Source: Malacoraja senta
Lineage: Eukaryota
DNA: 64,000 nt
Direction: 5' to 3'
Assembly (NCBI GenBank): GCA_038087875.1
Contig: CM075994.1
Span: forward strand, 4,652,001 to 4,716,000
The notes below the pieces were generated by a model, which saw nothing but the letters and a program-made list of their open reading frames with translations, did no database searches and was not told the origin of the DNA. The stretch's first letter is position 1. Every line of letters begins with the position of its first letter. The position numbers and the translations under genes are program-made. Shown here one piece after another: positions 12,363 through 22,763 of this stretch.

Positions 12363-12735
12363 ATTCGTTGTTGGTCTCCCTCGAGGTCGAGGGTGATGGT
12401 CTATGTTCCGTTGTTTTTCTTCTCACTCCAAGAAACACACTGTCTTTCACACATCAATTAAATATTCAAATGACAAGGGGAACCAAGATGATTGGAGCTG
12501 ATAGATGTTGCAACCTCATCCGCTTCACAGCCGTGAATTCAAGAACATTTCGTCCGCCTGGTCCGCCTCATCGGCCGTTGAGGTCTTGTAGGTTGGATGG
12601 TTCTTAGTATGGACCCTCATCGTCGACCTTCCTGCCATGGGTAGCCCAAGCAGAAGCTGGTGCTACCGACGACATCGCTGTCGGAATCATGGGGGCAAGC
12701 ACGCGTCTTCACCACGAAAACGTAAACGATCCGGA
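12363..12735 (-). mobile_element. Short RTE-clade-derived non-autonomous element
   Basis: Minus-strand 5' part (tcgtggtggaa..gggctacccatggcaggaaggtc..) resembles recalled RTE/Expander 5' regions. The 3' end catcaccctcgacctcgaggga resembles RTE tails. No ORF. Confidence 0.5.
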
Positions 12736-13896
12736 TCTAGATAATTGCCTTGCAAGGAACATAAATGGAACATCTGTTACATGGCGAAATCATGTGCACG
12801 GTCTACTCCAGTTGAGTCGTAGCAAAGCCCTGCACAGCGCAACACAACTTTTTTCTTCTGTGTTTGACTATCTCTGCAATGCTCGTTATCGTAAGGTTTG
12901 TATTACTAAATGTTTTCTGCACCTATACTAATTAATGCAATTACGCACTGCGGAATTCCAATGTTTACAAAAACTTCGCATTTTGTGAATCTTTGTCCAG
13001 TTTTACTATTTTCGAATATGTGCGTCTTGCGCAGAATATGTAACCACTTCTTAAACTGCAGGACAAAGCAATAGGAACAATGTGAGTTAGAATGCACAAA
13101 ACAATCAAGCCAGAAATTTACCGAATTGTAATAGAAGTTGTTCGTAGTCTAAAATAAAAGTAAACAAAACTGATAAAGAATTATTACACGTGCGTTAATA
13201 TCTGCGAATAAATGCAGGGACGTTGATGGATATTTAGGCGCACATTTGCAGGTTTATCTGAAAAGTGTTCCCAGGTTGAAGGAACTGACAATGTGCTACT
13301 TTTCAATCGAATTAAGAAAGTCAAATAGCAACTACTTATCGCATTACAATCCGGACATGTGGTTATGTCAGATTATTTGGTTTTAATAGTGAAGGACAAG
13401 GGCCTTGTGATGTCATTACATGAAACTCTGGGCCTTCACATTAATTAAATTAAAATTTAAACTTAAATACAGATTTTATTCGGCATGCAATTAACCGAAT
13501 TATTCGGCCTGCAATTAACCATTGCGTTGCCAATGGTATATTGCTTTGTAAAAACTCACTTGGATTTCCTGTTACGCTTCCAATCAGGTGTTACACTTCC
13601 AATAAGGAAAGTCCGGTTCTGTTGCGTTTGCATCGAAGCAAGACTGACTACCACGTCACATTGATAATGTTGAATCTGAATACTTGTCCTCCTGACGAAT
13701 CGTACAACCACACATTGAACTGCGTACGCTCATTTCATGTGCCTTTCGCTCGTACACAACCATCAATGTTTCCTCACCGCTGTTTTCTGCTTGTCTTTTA
13801 TTTCTGTTTCCTTTGGAAAGGAGGACGTTTTAGTAAGCTTTCCTGAAATACTCTTTAGTTTGAGTTAACCAATGCATTTCTTGACTTTTCTGTTTT

Positions 13897-14000
13897 ACAA
13901 TAGACAATAGACAATAGAAAATAAACAATAGGTACAGGAACAGGCCATGCGACCCTTCGAGCCATTCAATGTGATCATGGTTGATAATCCCCAATCAGTA
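13897..14000 (-). mobile_element. CR1 extreme 3' end with (TCTATTG)n tail
   Basis: caatagacaatagacaatag tail and ccttcgagcc..ttcaatgtgatcatgg, as at 22764 and 26866. Confidence 0.8.
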
Positions 14001-14008
14001 CGTTTTGC

Positions 14009-14062
14009 GGGGTGGAAGATTGCAACCTTCACGTGGTCCGCCCTGTTTCGACAAATGCAATC
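14009..14062 (+). ncRNA. Minimal HDV-like self-cleaving ribozyme (predicted)
   Basis: P1 GGGGTGG(14009-15)/CCGCCCT(14038-44) with G1-U wobble; P2 GATTGCA(14018-24)/TGCAATC(14056-62); P3 ACC/GGT; L3 TTCACGT; G14045 available for P1.1; P4 reduced to T-TTCG-A; putative catalytic C14052 in CAAA. Confidence 0.8.
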
Positions 14063-14150
14063 AACCCGGTGTGCACAATCAAATAAGATCAAATAGAACA
14101 AGTTGACCTACAACTTTAGGCTGTGCACGCCATACGCAAGAAGAAGTAGA
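14009..14150 (+). mobile_element. 142-bp non-autonomous retroposon (Ingi/Vingi-like) with a 12-bp TSD
   Basis: Flanked by AGTACGTTTTGC at 13997-14008 and 14151-14162. 3' end gccatacgcaagaagaag with a (GAA)n tail. Internal stem ggtgtgcaca/tgtgcacgcc. Confidence 0.85.
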
Positions 14151-15334
14151 AGTACGTTTTGCGAATTTTCCTTTTCCTTAATTTTGAATATGAATTTCGG
14201 GTTTAAGGATATTTTGAAAGCAGTTCAACTCCACATGTGTATAATGCACCGAGTGCTTTCATTGTGACATGCTGTGTTCATTTATTTTCAAAGAGCAAAT
14301 CTGCATTGAATGCTAGTTCTTTCCCGATGTCTGGACGTGTAATGGTAGGACATTTTTTGCCACGTGATTAGCTGTTCCGCGCTCAGATGCCTCGACATCC
14401 AAAACATTACGTCTCTCAATTCACCTGGCCTCAATGATCTTGTTACTATCTCCATTTCTGAAACATTAAAAATAATCTCCGTAAATATTATGCATTTTAA
14501 ATAATTCCAAACCATTCCCTTTTTCCGGACAAAGCTGTCTGTATTTTCATCCTTGTATATATATTGTTTCTGTCGTTCATGCTTATAAGTACGTTAAGCC
14601 AAACTCCGTGCAAATTTCGCAAGCTTTACTTATGCTAGCCCTCTATTCCCTTTTTCGGAATGTCCTAATCAGAACTGCCATAGTGCTGCGGGAAAACTCA
14701 GATGATCGGGTCATGTATAAATATAGTAGATTTTTCTGTACATTCGTATTAAGGCAGTTTGCAAACAAAATGTCAACTTTGCAGAGAGATGCTACTTGCA
14801 CATCATTACCTTCAACTTTGTCAGTCAGTTTCATTTCTATTAAGCAAAAATAGCGAAGATATGTATACGTGGTTCTTACCCGCAAATGGATATAGCGATA
14901 GAAGCGTACGTGTATTGCAATAAAGGTTACACAAATGAATGATTACAAGATGTTTACCGGCAATTGTCAGATTACGTTGGAAAATACGCAGCTCTGTAAA
15001 AAAATATATTTCATCAATCCACTCTACCATTGAAATACCAATGATTCTCTGAGAAAACGCGCACCATCCCCGCTTGTAAAACATAATTCTATGTTATATA
15101 ACGCACACACATGGTCTAATTTAATTTCGAAACTAAGAAATCGGCATAATTCTCTCTGTGCTGTTCGTAAGAAGGAAGGGAAAGCACAAGTTATGAAATA
15201 GTGCGTGTAATGCTGCCGGACACCAAGTAGAGACGGAAATCACAACCAATCACGACCAAATATCTATGTTTTACTAAAACACGTCCAACGCCTACATACC
15301 GCCAATAAAGTCGTTCCAGTTAACACCTCTTTCA

Positions 15335-15500
15335 CAGCTTTCTCTCCCGCCCCATAAATCAGTCTGAATAAGTTTCCCGACTTCCAACATGACATATTAA
15401 TTTCCGTTTCAGATCGCACATTAATTTCGGTTGCCTGACCCGCTGAGTTGTTTCAGCATTTTGTGTGATGCTGAATATTCCTGTTTCCTCAGTTCTTTGT
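15335..15500 (+). mobile_element. Degenerate Penelope terminal-repeat fragment
   Basis: atcagtctgaa..gcctgacccgctgagttgtttcagcattttgtg, related to 10079-10108 plus 12245-12350. Confidence 0.55.
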
Positions 15501-15534
15501 GGCTCCTCGTATGCACCATTGCATGGTCGTTTTC

Positions 15535-15790
15535 GTTTTAGCTTTAGAGGCACAGGCATTTCGGACGCGAAGGGACAATGAATCTGTGCCGACCAACGAT
15601 CACGCTAATCCTATACTAAACACTAGGGGCAATTTAGATAAACCAATTAATCTACAATACTGCACATTCGTGGGAAGCCCCATGAAATCTGGGCAACAGG
15701 ATAAAACCCAAGCGGTTATAAGATAATATACGAACTCCATACCGTCTCTGGAGCAGGAAAACAGCAACTCCTTCGCTGGGCCATGATGCC
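15535..15790 (-). mobile_element. HE1-like SINE (degenerate)
   Basis: gccgaccaacgatc..acactaggggcaattt..ccaattaatctaca..cgaactccatac, reverse-complement of the recalled HE1 core. Confidence 0.6.
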
Positions 15791-15919
15791 GCTTTTGTAC
15801 TTCATATTCGGGTTGGGAAAACATTTCATTTACTCTACTGCATTTCATACTGAACACAGACGAATGGAATTTCAGAATCATTGGGAATGTTATTTTAATT
15901 AATTTTAAGTATGTATGTA

Positions 15920-18780
15920 GGTTTAAGTTTATGTAAGTTTATTGTCCAAGTATTCACATACAAGGAATTTGCCTTCATGCTCCGCCCACAAGTAACAACA
16001 TGACATACAGTGACAGTTACGAATGACTCAGAAAACACTAAACATTAATAATAATATAACACTAATGATAAAACACCATTGATCAAGCATGTGAACCAAC
16101 AAAATACCCGATCAAAGGGAGGCTACATTTTTTGGCTCTTGATTAGAGCAACTGCTCGTGGATAAAAACTGTTTTTATGTCTGGCTGTGGCAGCTTTGAC
16201 AGTCCGGGGTCGCCATCCGGAGGGTAGTGATTCAAAGAGTTTGTGGCCAGGGTGAGAGGGGTCAGAGGTGACCTTGCCCGCTCGCTTCCTGGGCCTTGCA
16301 GTGTACCGTTCATCAATGGAGGGATGGTTGCAGCCAATAATATTCACTGCTGAACGGACGATTCGCTGCAGCCTCCAGGTGTCGTGCTTGGTGGCTGAAC
16401 CAAACCAGACCATGATGGAGAAGGTGAGAACAGACCCTACGATGACCGTGTATAATTGGACCATCATTGCCTGTGGCAGATTGTGCTTCCTCAGCTGCCG
16501 CAGGAAGTACATCCTCTGTTGTGCCTTTTGAACGTGGAGTCGATGGTAGCACTCCACTTAAGGTCCTTGGAGATGATGGTTCCCAGGAACTTAAAATAAT
16601 CCACAGATGTGACTGTGATGTTGTTGATGGTGAGTGGGGTGAGTGGAGGAGGGGCTCTCCTGAAGTCTACAATCAGTTCCACTGTCTAAGAGCATTGAGC
16701 TCTAGGTTGTTGCGATGGCAGCAGGATGAAGGCTGTGACACTTCCTGTCTGTAGGCAGATTCCTCCCCATCCTGGATCAGTCCAATCAGGGTTGCGTCGT
16801 CCGCAAACTTGAGAAGCTTGACATAGGTGTCTGTGGAGATGCAGTCGTTGGTGTAGAGAAAGTAGAGTAGAGGAGCGAGTACGCAGCCTTGCGGTTCTCC
16901 AATGCTGAGTGTTAGCGGGTCCGAGATGTGCTTTCCCAGCCTCACATACTGTTTCCTGTCTGTCAGGAAGTTGGTGATCCACTGACAGAGGGGTTCTGGA
17001 ACAGTCAACATTGAAAGTGTTGAGTATAGTAGCTCTGGCACAATCGTGTTGAATGCAGAGCTAAAATCAACAAACAGGATCCTCGCATAGGTCCACTGGC
17101 GGTCTATGTCCTGTAGGATGATGTGCAGGCCCAGGTTGACTGTATCATCCACAGATCTATTGGCCCGATATGCAAACTGCAGAGGGTCCAGCAGGGAGTT
17201 TGTGATATTTTTCAACTTGGCCAGCACAAGCCTTTCGAGTGTCTTCATGACTACAGAGGTCAGTGCGACAGGCCTGTTGTAATGAAGACATGTAATCCTG
17301 GCCTTTTTGGATACAGGGACAATAGTAGAGACTTTGAAGCAGGCAGGGACAGTACATGTTTGCAGGGACTGGTTAAAATATCTATATAGACCGGTGCCAG
17401 CTGTTTGGCACAGAGTTAAAGAGTAGAGGGGGAAACATTTTCAGGTCCTGGAGATTTCCGCCTCTTTTGTCCTCTGAAAAGCCTCTCCACCTCCTCTATG
17501 TTTATTGTTGATATTGGATAATTTATGTTCTGCAGCGCAGAGGGTGTGGATGATTGGGTGTGAAGTGGTGATTGGAGGGGGTGGGTGTAGAAAGGCACAG
17601 TCTTTGCAGACCGAAGTCAGGCTGTGAGTGGGTGTGAAGTGTTGGTTGGGGTGGGAACTGATCCAGTATTGTCATACTGGAGTCTTGCCTTAAGTAGGTG
17701 TGAAGTGGTGAATGGGAAGGAGAGGGTGCAGGGTCCATTCTTTGTAGACTGGAGTCTGGCTGTGTTGGTTGGGGAGGGGGGGAGCGTGTACCAGCTTTAT
17801 GTTTCTGATTTTCAAACCTGCAGTAAAACTCATTCAGGTCGTTGGTCAGCTGACGATTGTCCAAAGAAGGGGGGGCATTCCTCTTGTAGCTGCTAATTTC
17901 TTGCAAGCCCTTCCAAACAGAAGAAGAGTCACTACCTGAGAACATGCTCCTCTACTTCTCAGAGTACCTTTCCTTGGTAGCTATGATTCTTCTTCTCAGC
18001 TTGTACTTGGCCTGCCTGTAGGCCTCCTCTTTAGACCGTCGACGCTGTCTGAGTTCTGCAGTGAACCAGGGCTTGTTGTTTTTTAACCATGCCCGAGTCT
18101 TAATTGGAATGCAACTGTCCTCGCAAAAGCTGACATATGATGATACAGGGTCCGTATACTCATCGAGGCTTTTGGTTGATTTCCCTGAACACATTCCAAT
18201 CCGTGCAGTCAAAGCAGGCTTGTAGGTTCTCAATGCCCTAGCTTGTCCACCTTTTCGTTCTTCTGACCACAGGCTTAGCAGCTTTTAGTTTCTGCCTGTT
18301 GATCGGAATAAGGTAAAGTATGCAATGATCAGAGAGACCCAGATCCGCCCGGGGATCAGAGCGATATGCGTTCTTGATTGCCGTATAACAGTGATCGAGT
18401 GTTCTCTCCCCTCTGGTGGGGCAGGTAACATGAAGTCTGTATTTTGGAAGGTCACGGCTGAGATTAGCTTTGTTAAATCTCCCAAATCAATGACCATGGA
18501 GTCCCGGAAGTCACTCTCTACCCTCATTACCTAGTCAGCGAGTTGCATTTGCGCCTCACGTTCGCAGGCTTGGGGGGGGGGTGTAAACTCCAGCGAGAAT
18601 AAAGGAGTTAAATTACCTCGGAGAGTGGAAGGGTTTGCAGTTTATAAAGAGGGATTCTAGGTTGGGAGAGCAGAAATTTGACAGTACCGTGATGTCGCTG
18701 CACCAGTCCTGGTTGGTATAGAAGCATATTCCACCGCCTCTTGATTTCTCCGCTGCCTCCACTTCGCAATGTACGTTGTG
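15920..18780 (-). mobile_element. Rex1/Babar LINE, endonuclease plus RT, frameshifted
   Basis: LDPLQFAYRANRSVDD, RILFVDFSSAFNTI, PQGCVLAPLL, KFADD (16673-17248); AQQRMYFLRQLRK (16123-16557); NNKPWFT; endonuclease remnants 18240-18760; tail tacttggacaataaac. Confidence 0.92.
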
Positions 18781-19717
18781 CTGTCGAAATGGACTTAAAT
18801 TTCCAGGTCGAATTCGTTGACCGAGCTGACTCTTGTTGAACCGGAGTGCTATGAAAAAATCAACCTCGGAAATTGTGTCAGGCAGCGATGAGCCATGTTC
18901 TAGTATTTAAATCTTATTATTTGAAAGCCTACATCATTTTTTAATCCTCTAAAGCGACGCATTCTATTCCATTAACCCATTTGAACGATTTGAATGTATC
19001 AATGATAAGAACTACGAAGAAATGTAAATACTTTATTCCTGGACGTACCTCTTCCTTGCTCTCTAATATGCTGTTCTGCAACCAAAAATGGAACAGGTAA
19101 AAATTATGCAGTTTGAGAACATTTGAAAGAGAATGAAGCGATCTGAAAATGTTGTCATCTAACCATAATCATAAGGACAGTCTACACCTTCCAGCAAATA
19201 ATGACAATAATCCGCAGTGAGATTGCCTTTATAATATTTTGCATGTTGATCCATTCCCACGTGGTAAATTATATATTTTTTCACTGGACGGAAAAGAGAA
19301 AAATGGGGATATATGTTCGCATTATTATTTCGGTTAATTGTCCCCAAGTAAAATTGTATGCGTGGTAAATAGAGATGGTAACTGAGACATTATGTAATAC
19401 CTTGAATTTTATGAAAGTGTACAAGTAGGAAGCCATATGTTTCAATGCAATGCTTTCAAATACGAAGTTACTTTAAATGCAATTGCAGAGAAAATAAACA
19501 ATGTCTGCTGACCTAATTTCCCTATAGTTTTCTTTTGATCTGAAAATAAGGATATTGCCCATGAGCATGAACGTACAAAACGTTATGTGTGTCTTCACCA
19601 ATTGCGAGCGCTGCATTCCGTTTACAAAATAGCACGGTCGACTGTCTGGGCAGGGAAGCACTTGCGCTTGGCTGTGAAACACAAATAAATCATTGGGTGA
19701 TTGTATTTACTTTCCTT

Positions 19718-20690
19718 CACAAGTTCACAAATTATAGGAGTAGTATTAGGTCACTCGGCCTATCGAGACTACTACGCCATTCAATCATGGCTGATTTTTG
19801 CCTCCTAATCCCATGTTCCTGCCTTCTCTTCATAACCACTAACATCCGTTGAAATTAAGAATTTGTCTATCTCTGCCTTAAAAATATCCACTGACGGCGT
19901 CCACGGCCCTCTGTAGCAATGAGTTCCACTGATTATTTACGCTCTGACTAAAGAAGACCCTCCTCTCCTCCTTTCTAAACGGGAGTTCTTTAATTCTGCG
20001 GCCAAGACCTCTCGTCCGAGACTATCCCATCAATGAAAACATCCTTTCCACATCGACTCTATCTATGCATTCAATATTCTGTAAATTTAAACGATGTCCC
20101 TCCCCAACCTTCTAAACTCTAGAGAGTAGAGTCCCAGTGCTGTCAAAACGCTCATCATAAGCTACCCATCATTCCAAGAATAATGCTTGTGAACCTCGTC
20201 TGGACCTTCTCCAGAGCCCGCACTCCATTCCTCAGATATGGGGCGCACATTTGCTCACACTACTCCAAATGCGCTCCTGCCAGCGTCTTATGGAGCCTCA
20301 GCATTACATATCTGTTTTTTGAATTCCAGTCATCTTTATATTAATTAATTGTATTGAATTTAACTACATTGAATTTGCCTTCCTTACTACCGATCCGACT
20401 TACAAATTAACTTTTTGGGTGTCCTTCACCACCACTCCCAAGTCCCTTTGCACATCAGATTTATGGATTCTCGCCCATTAAGAAATAACACACGCCTTTA
20501 TTCTTAGTACCAAAGTGCATTACTCGCCCTTTGCTATACTGAATTTCATCTGCCACTTCTAATTCCACTAATGTCCTTCTGCAGAGTCCTTGTTTAATTT
20601 ACACTGCCTGTCCCTCCACCTTTCTTATCATTATCTGTAACCTTGGCAGGAACATTTCAATCCAATTAACCAAATCATTAATTTACAACG
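19718..20690 (-). mobile_element. Old CR1 3' fragment
   Basis: CR1 3' UTR (cattcaatcatggctgat..cctgccttctc) and degenerate RT C-terminus. Confidence 0.75.
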
Positions 20691-21367
20691 TGAAGCGAAG
20701 AGAAGAGCAACCTGGTCATAGATTCCAAGCCATGCCCACATTTATGCAACTCCCGTTTATTTAAGTTTGCCACTAATTCAGTGGCGGTTCCCGACAATCA
20801 ATCTGGCACAGAGCGATAACGTGTAGTATATAAATATGTGGTACTGGAATGTCCTTATTTTTTTGTCGGCAACGTTTCCTTACTCTACACGCAAGGTGCA
20901 AAAAATAAATTTGTTTGGCCAACTTCTTTCTTTTTGTGCCTTAACTCATTCTTGCCGAAATTGCTGCCTTAATTTTGGTCTCATATTATGGTGTTGGGTT
21001 TCAAATTTGTTCAACCAAAAGCCGTTTTACATATCAAAGAATGAGTTCGAATTTATAACTCAGTCATCATGTTGTGGAAATTTGTAATGTGGGGATGGCA
21101 ATGAACATGGCACTCAGTGTTCGAACGTACGCTGGCAGATACAATTGCTATCGTCATATTTACAGAATTCGGAACATAATTCCCGCTCGCTATATTCTGA
21201 CACAAAAGGCAATCATTCCTTACACACATCGAAATTCCCCCTTGTATTACACATCTATGTTCCCAGAAAACGGACATTTCAGGACAATATTTCCAGGACA
21301 GTCTCCATATTATGAAAATTCTGATTCGGGTTGTTCCAGCATCGAAAATATATATAACTGCAACAAA

Positions 21368-21615
21368 ATAGAAACATAGAAAATAGGTGCAGGATTAAGC
21401 CATTCGGCCCCTTCGAGCCTGAACCCCCATTCAATATGATCATGGCTGATCATCCAACTCAGTATCCTGTAACTGCCATCTCTCCATATCCGCTGATCCT
21501 TTTAGCCACAAGGGCCACATCTCCTTCCTCTTAAATATAGCCAATGAACTGGCCTCAACTACTTTCTGTGGCAGAGAATTCCACAGATTCACCACTCTCT
21601 GTGTGAAAAGAAATG
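21368..21615 (-). mobile_element. CR1 3' end with (TTTCTATG) tail
   Basis: atagaaacatagaaaataggtgcagg..ggcagagaattccacagattcaccactctct. Confidence 0.8.
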
Positions 21616-22763
21616 TCTTTACTTAAATATGTTTGCAATAAAGGTGTACGCGAAATTTGCTTTTCTGACTTGAGCTCGTAGCCACATTAGTTTTAAGCGA
21701 CACCAATACAGGAATACATCGGTACTGCAACATGTTCTACTCTAATCACGTAAAGACGTATATGTGTTTTGTGCTTATAAAATAATGCATGTCCTCATAT
21801 TTCCCCATTGGAATCGGTGTCCCTATAATTGTCAATTACTTTGTTTTGTCCAGGTGGTTTTGGACTCGTTTAATCTAGTTTAGTTTAGATTTGTTGATCA
21901 TGATCACGTGTCCGGAGAAAAAGTGAAAGTACGGTTTTACAGTCATGGAAAGGGCTACACATGATATGGATTACTAACGCTGGCTAATGATTCCCTTTAG
22001 AATCTTGTCATTCTTGAACATGGAAATATTGATTTGGATCACTTAGCCAATTTCCTTGTAAATATAGTAATTGCACTTTGACGAAGCAACGATTCCTGCG
22101 GCATTCCTTTGGCCACCACCTCTCATAGTATTCTTTGCTCATAATTTGACAGTGCAAATATTTGTCTTTCTTTCTTTCTATAATTTCCCTCTTTCAACAT
22201 TTGCATTGACAAGCATTCAACGTTTTTTTGTCAACGGATACGAATCTGTCCTCGATTAACTACTGGTCACCGTTTTACTACATCACGTTTCCTCAGGCTA
22301 TAATACTCCGTCTATACAAATTCAAGCAAGACTGTTTACAAATGCCCTAATATGGGCGAATAATCCTCTATTTCAAAGGATAATACTATTTTCTGCTCCA
22401 AATACTGCCGCTTGACAAGTTAGCAAATTTCATCTCTTCACACAAGCAAATTTCATATGCATTTTTCATAACCTCAATATAGTCATATTTCCTGTAGCTG
22501 TTACGAACATATCAAAATATATATTACAGTTACCTTTTGCTTCCTTGAGCTTGGAAACTAGAGAAAGCAGACAGAATTTTAAACTATGGGTTACGTAAAT
22601 TTATTGAGATCAGAATCGTTTATCTCCAGAAGCCTTGATCGGGATTTTGGTGCGTTCATGTCGGTTTTCGATGTGCAATTGTATTAATAAAATGTGCGTT
22701 AAATTGTTCATGCCTGATTAAGTTTCAGAAAGACTGCTTGAAATCAGTTCAAACTCCATACTT

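Larger units (their letters stand above)
12990..22560 (-). pseudogene. CATSPERG: Decayed CatSper auxiliary subunit gamma-like gene (most complete copy)
   Basis: Colinear minus-strand motifs: CPFSG 21262-21276, FTWG 19341-19352, YLLEG 19186-19200, IAGKHL 14947-14964 (AG/GT exon 14880-14993), GKELAFN 14305-14325, QNILKPEIHIQN about 14180-14216, VFRFN 13669-13683, FHVMT 13411-13425, LNIHQRP 13217-13237, hydrophobic ISGLIVLCIL 13088-13117. They match the order of recalled human CATSPERG motifs CPHSG, FIWG, YLLEG, ISGHHL, GKRLAFD, DIFYPFFLIQD, IYRFN, FHIMS, LHIHGLP, VGLVIFYI. Many stops and frameshifts. Confidence 0.62.

Noticed and set aside
21074..21379. 101-aa plus-strand ORF as a novel gene
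   Set aside because: No recognisable motif, and the opposite strand better explains the region as a decayed exon.
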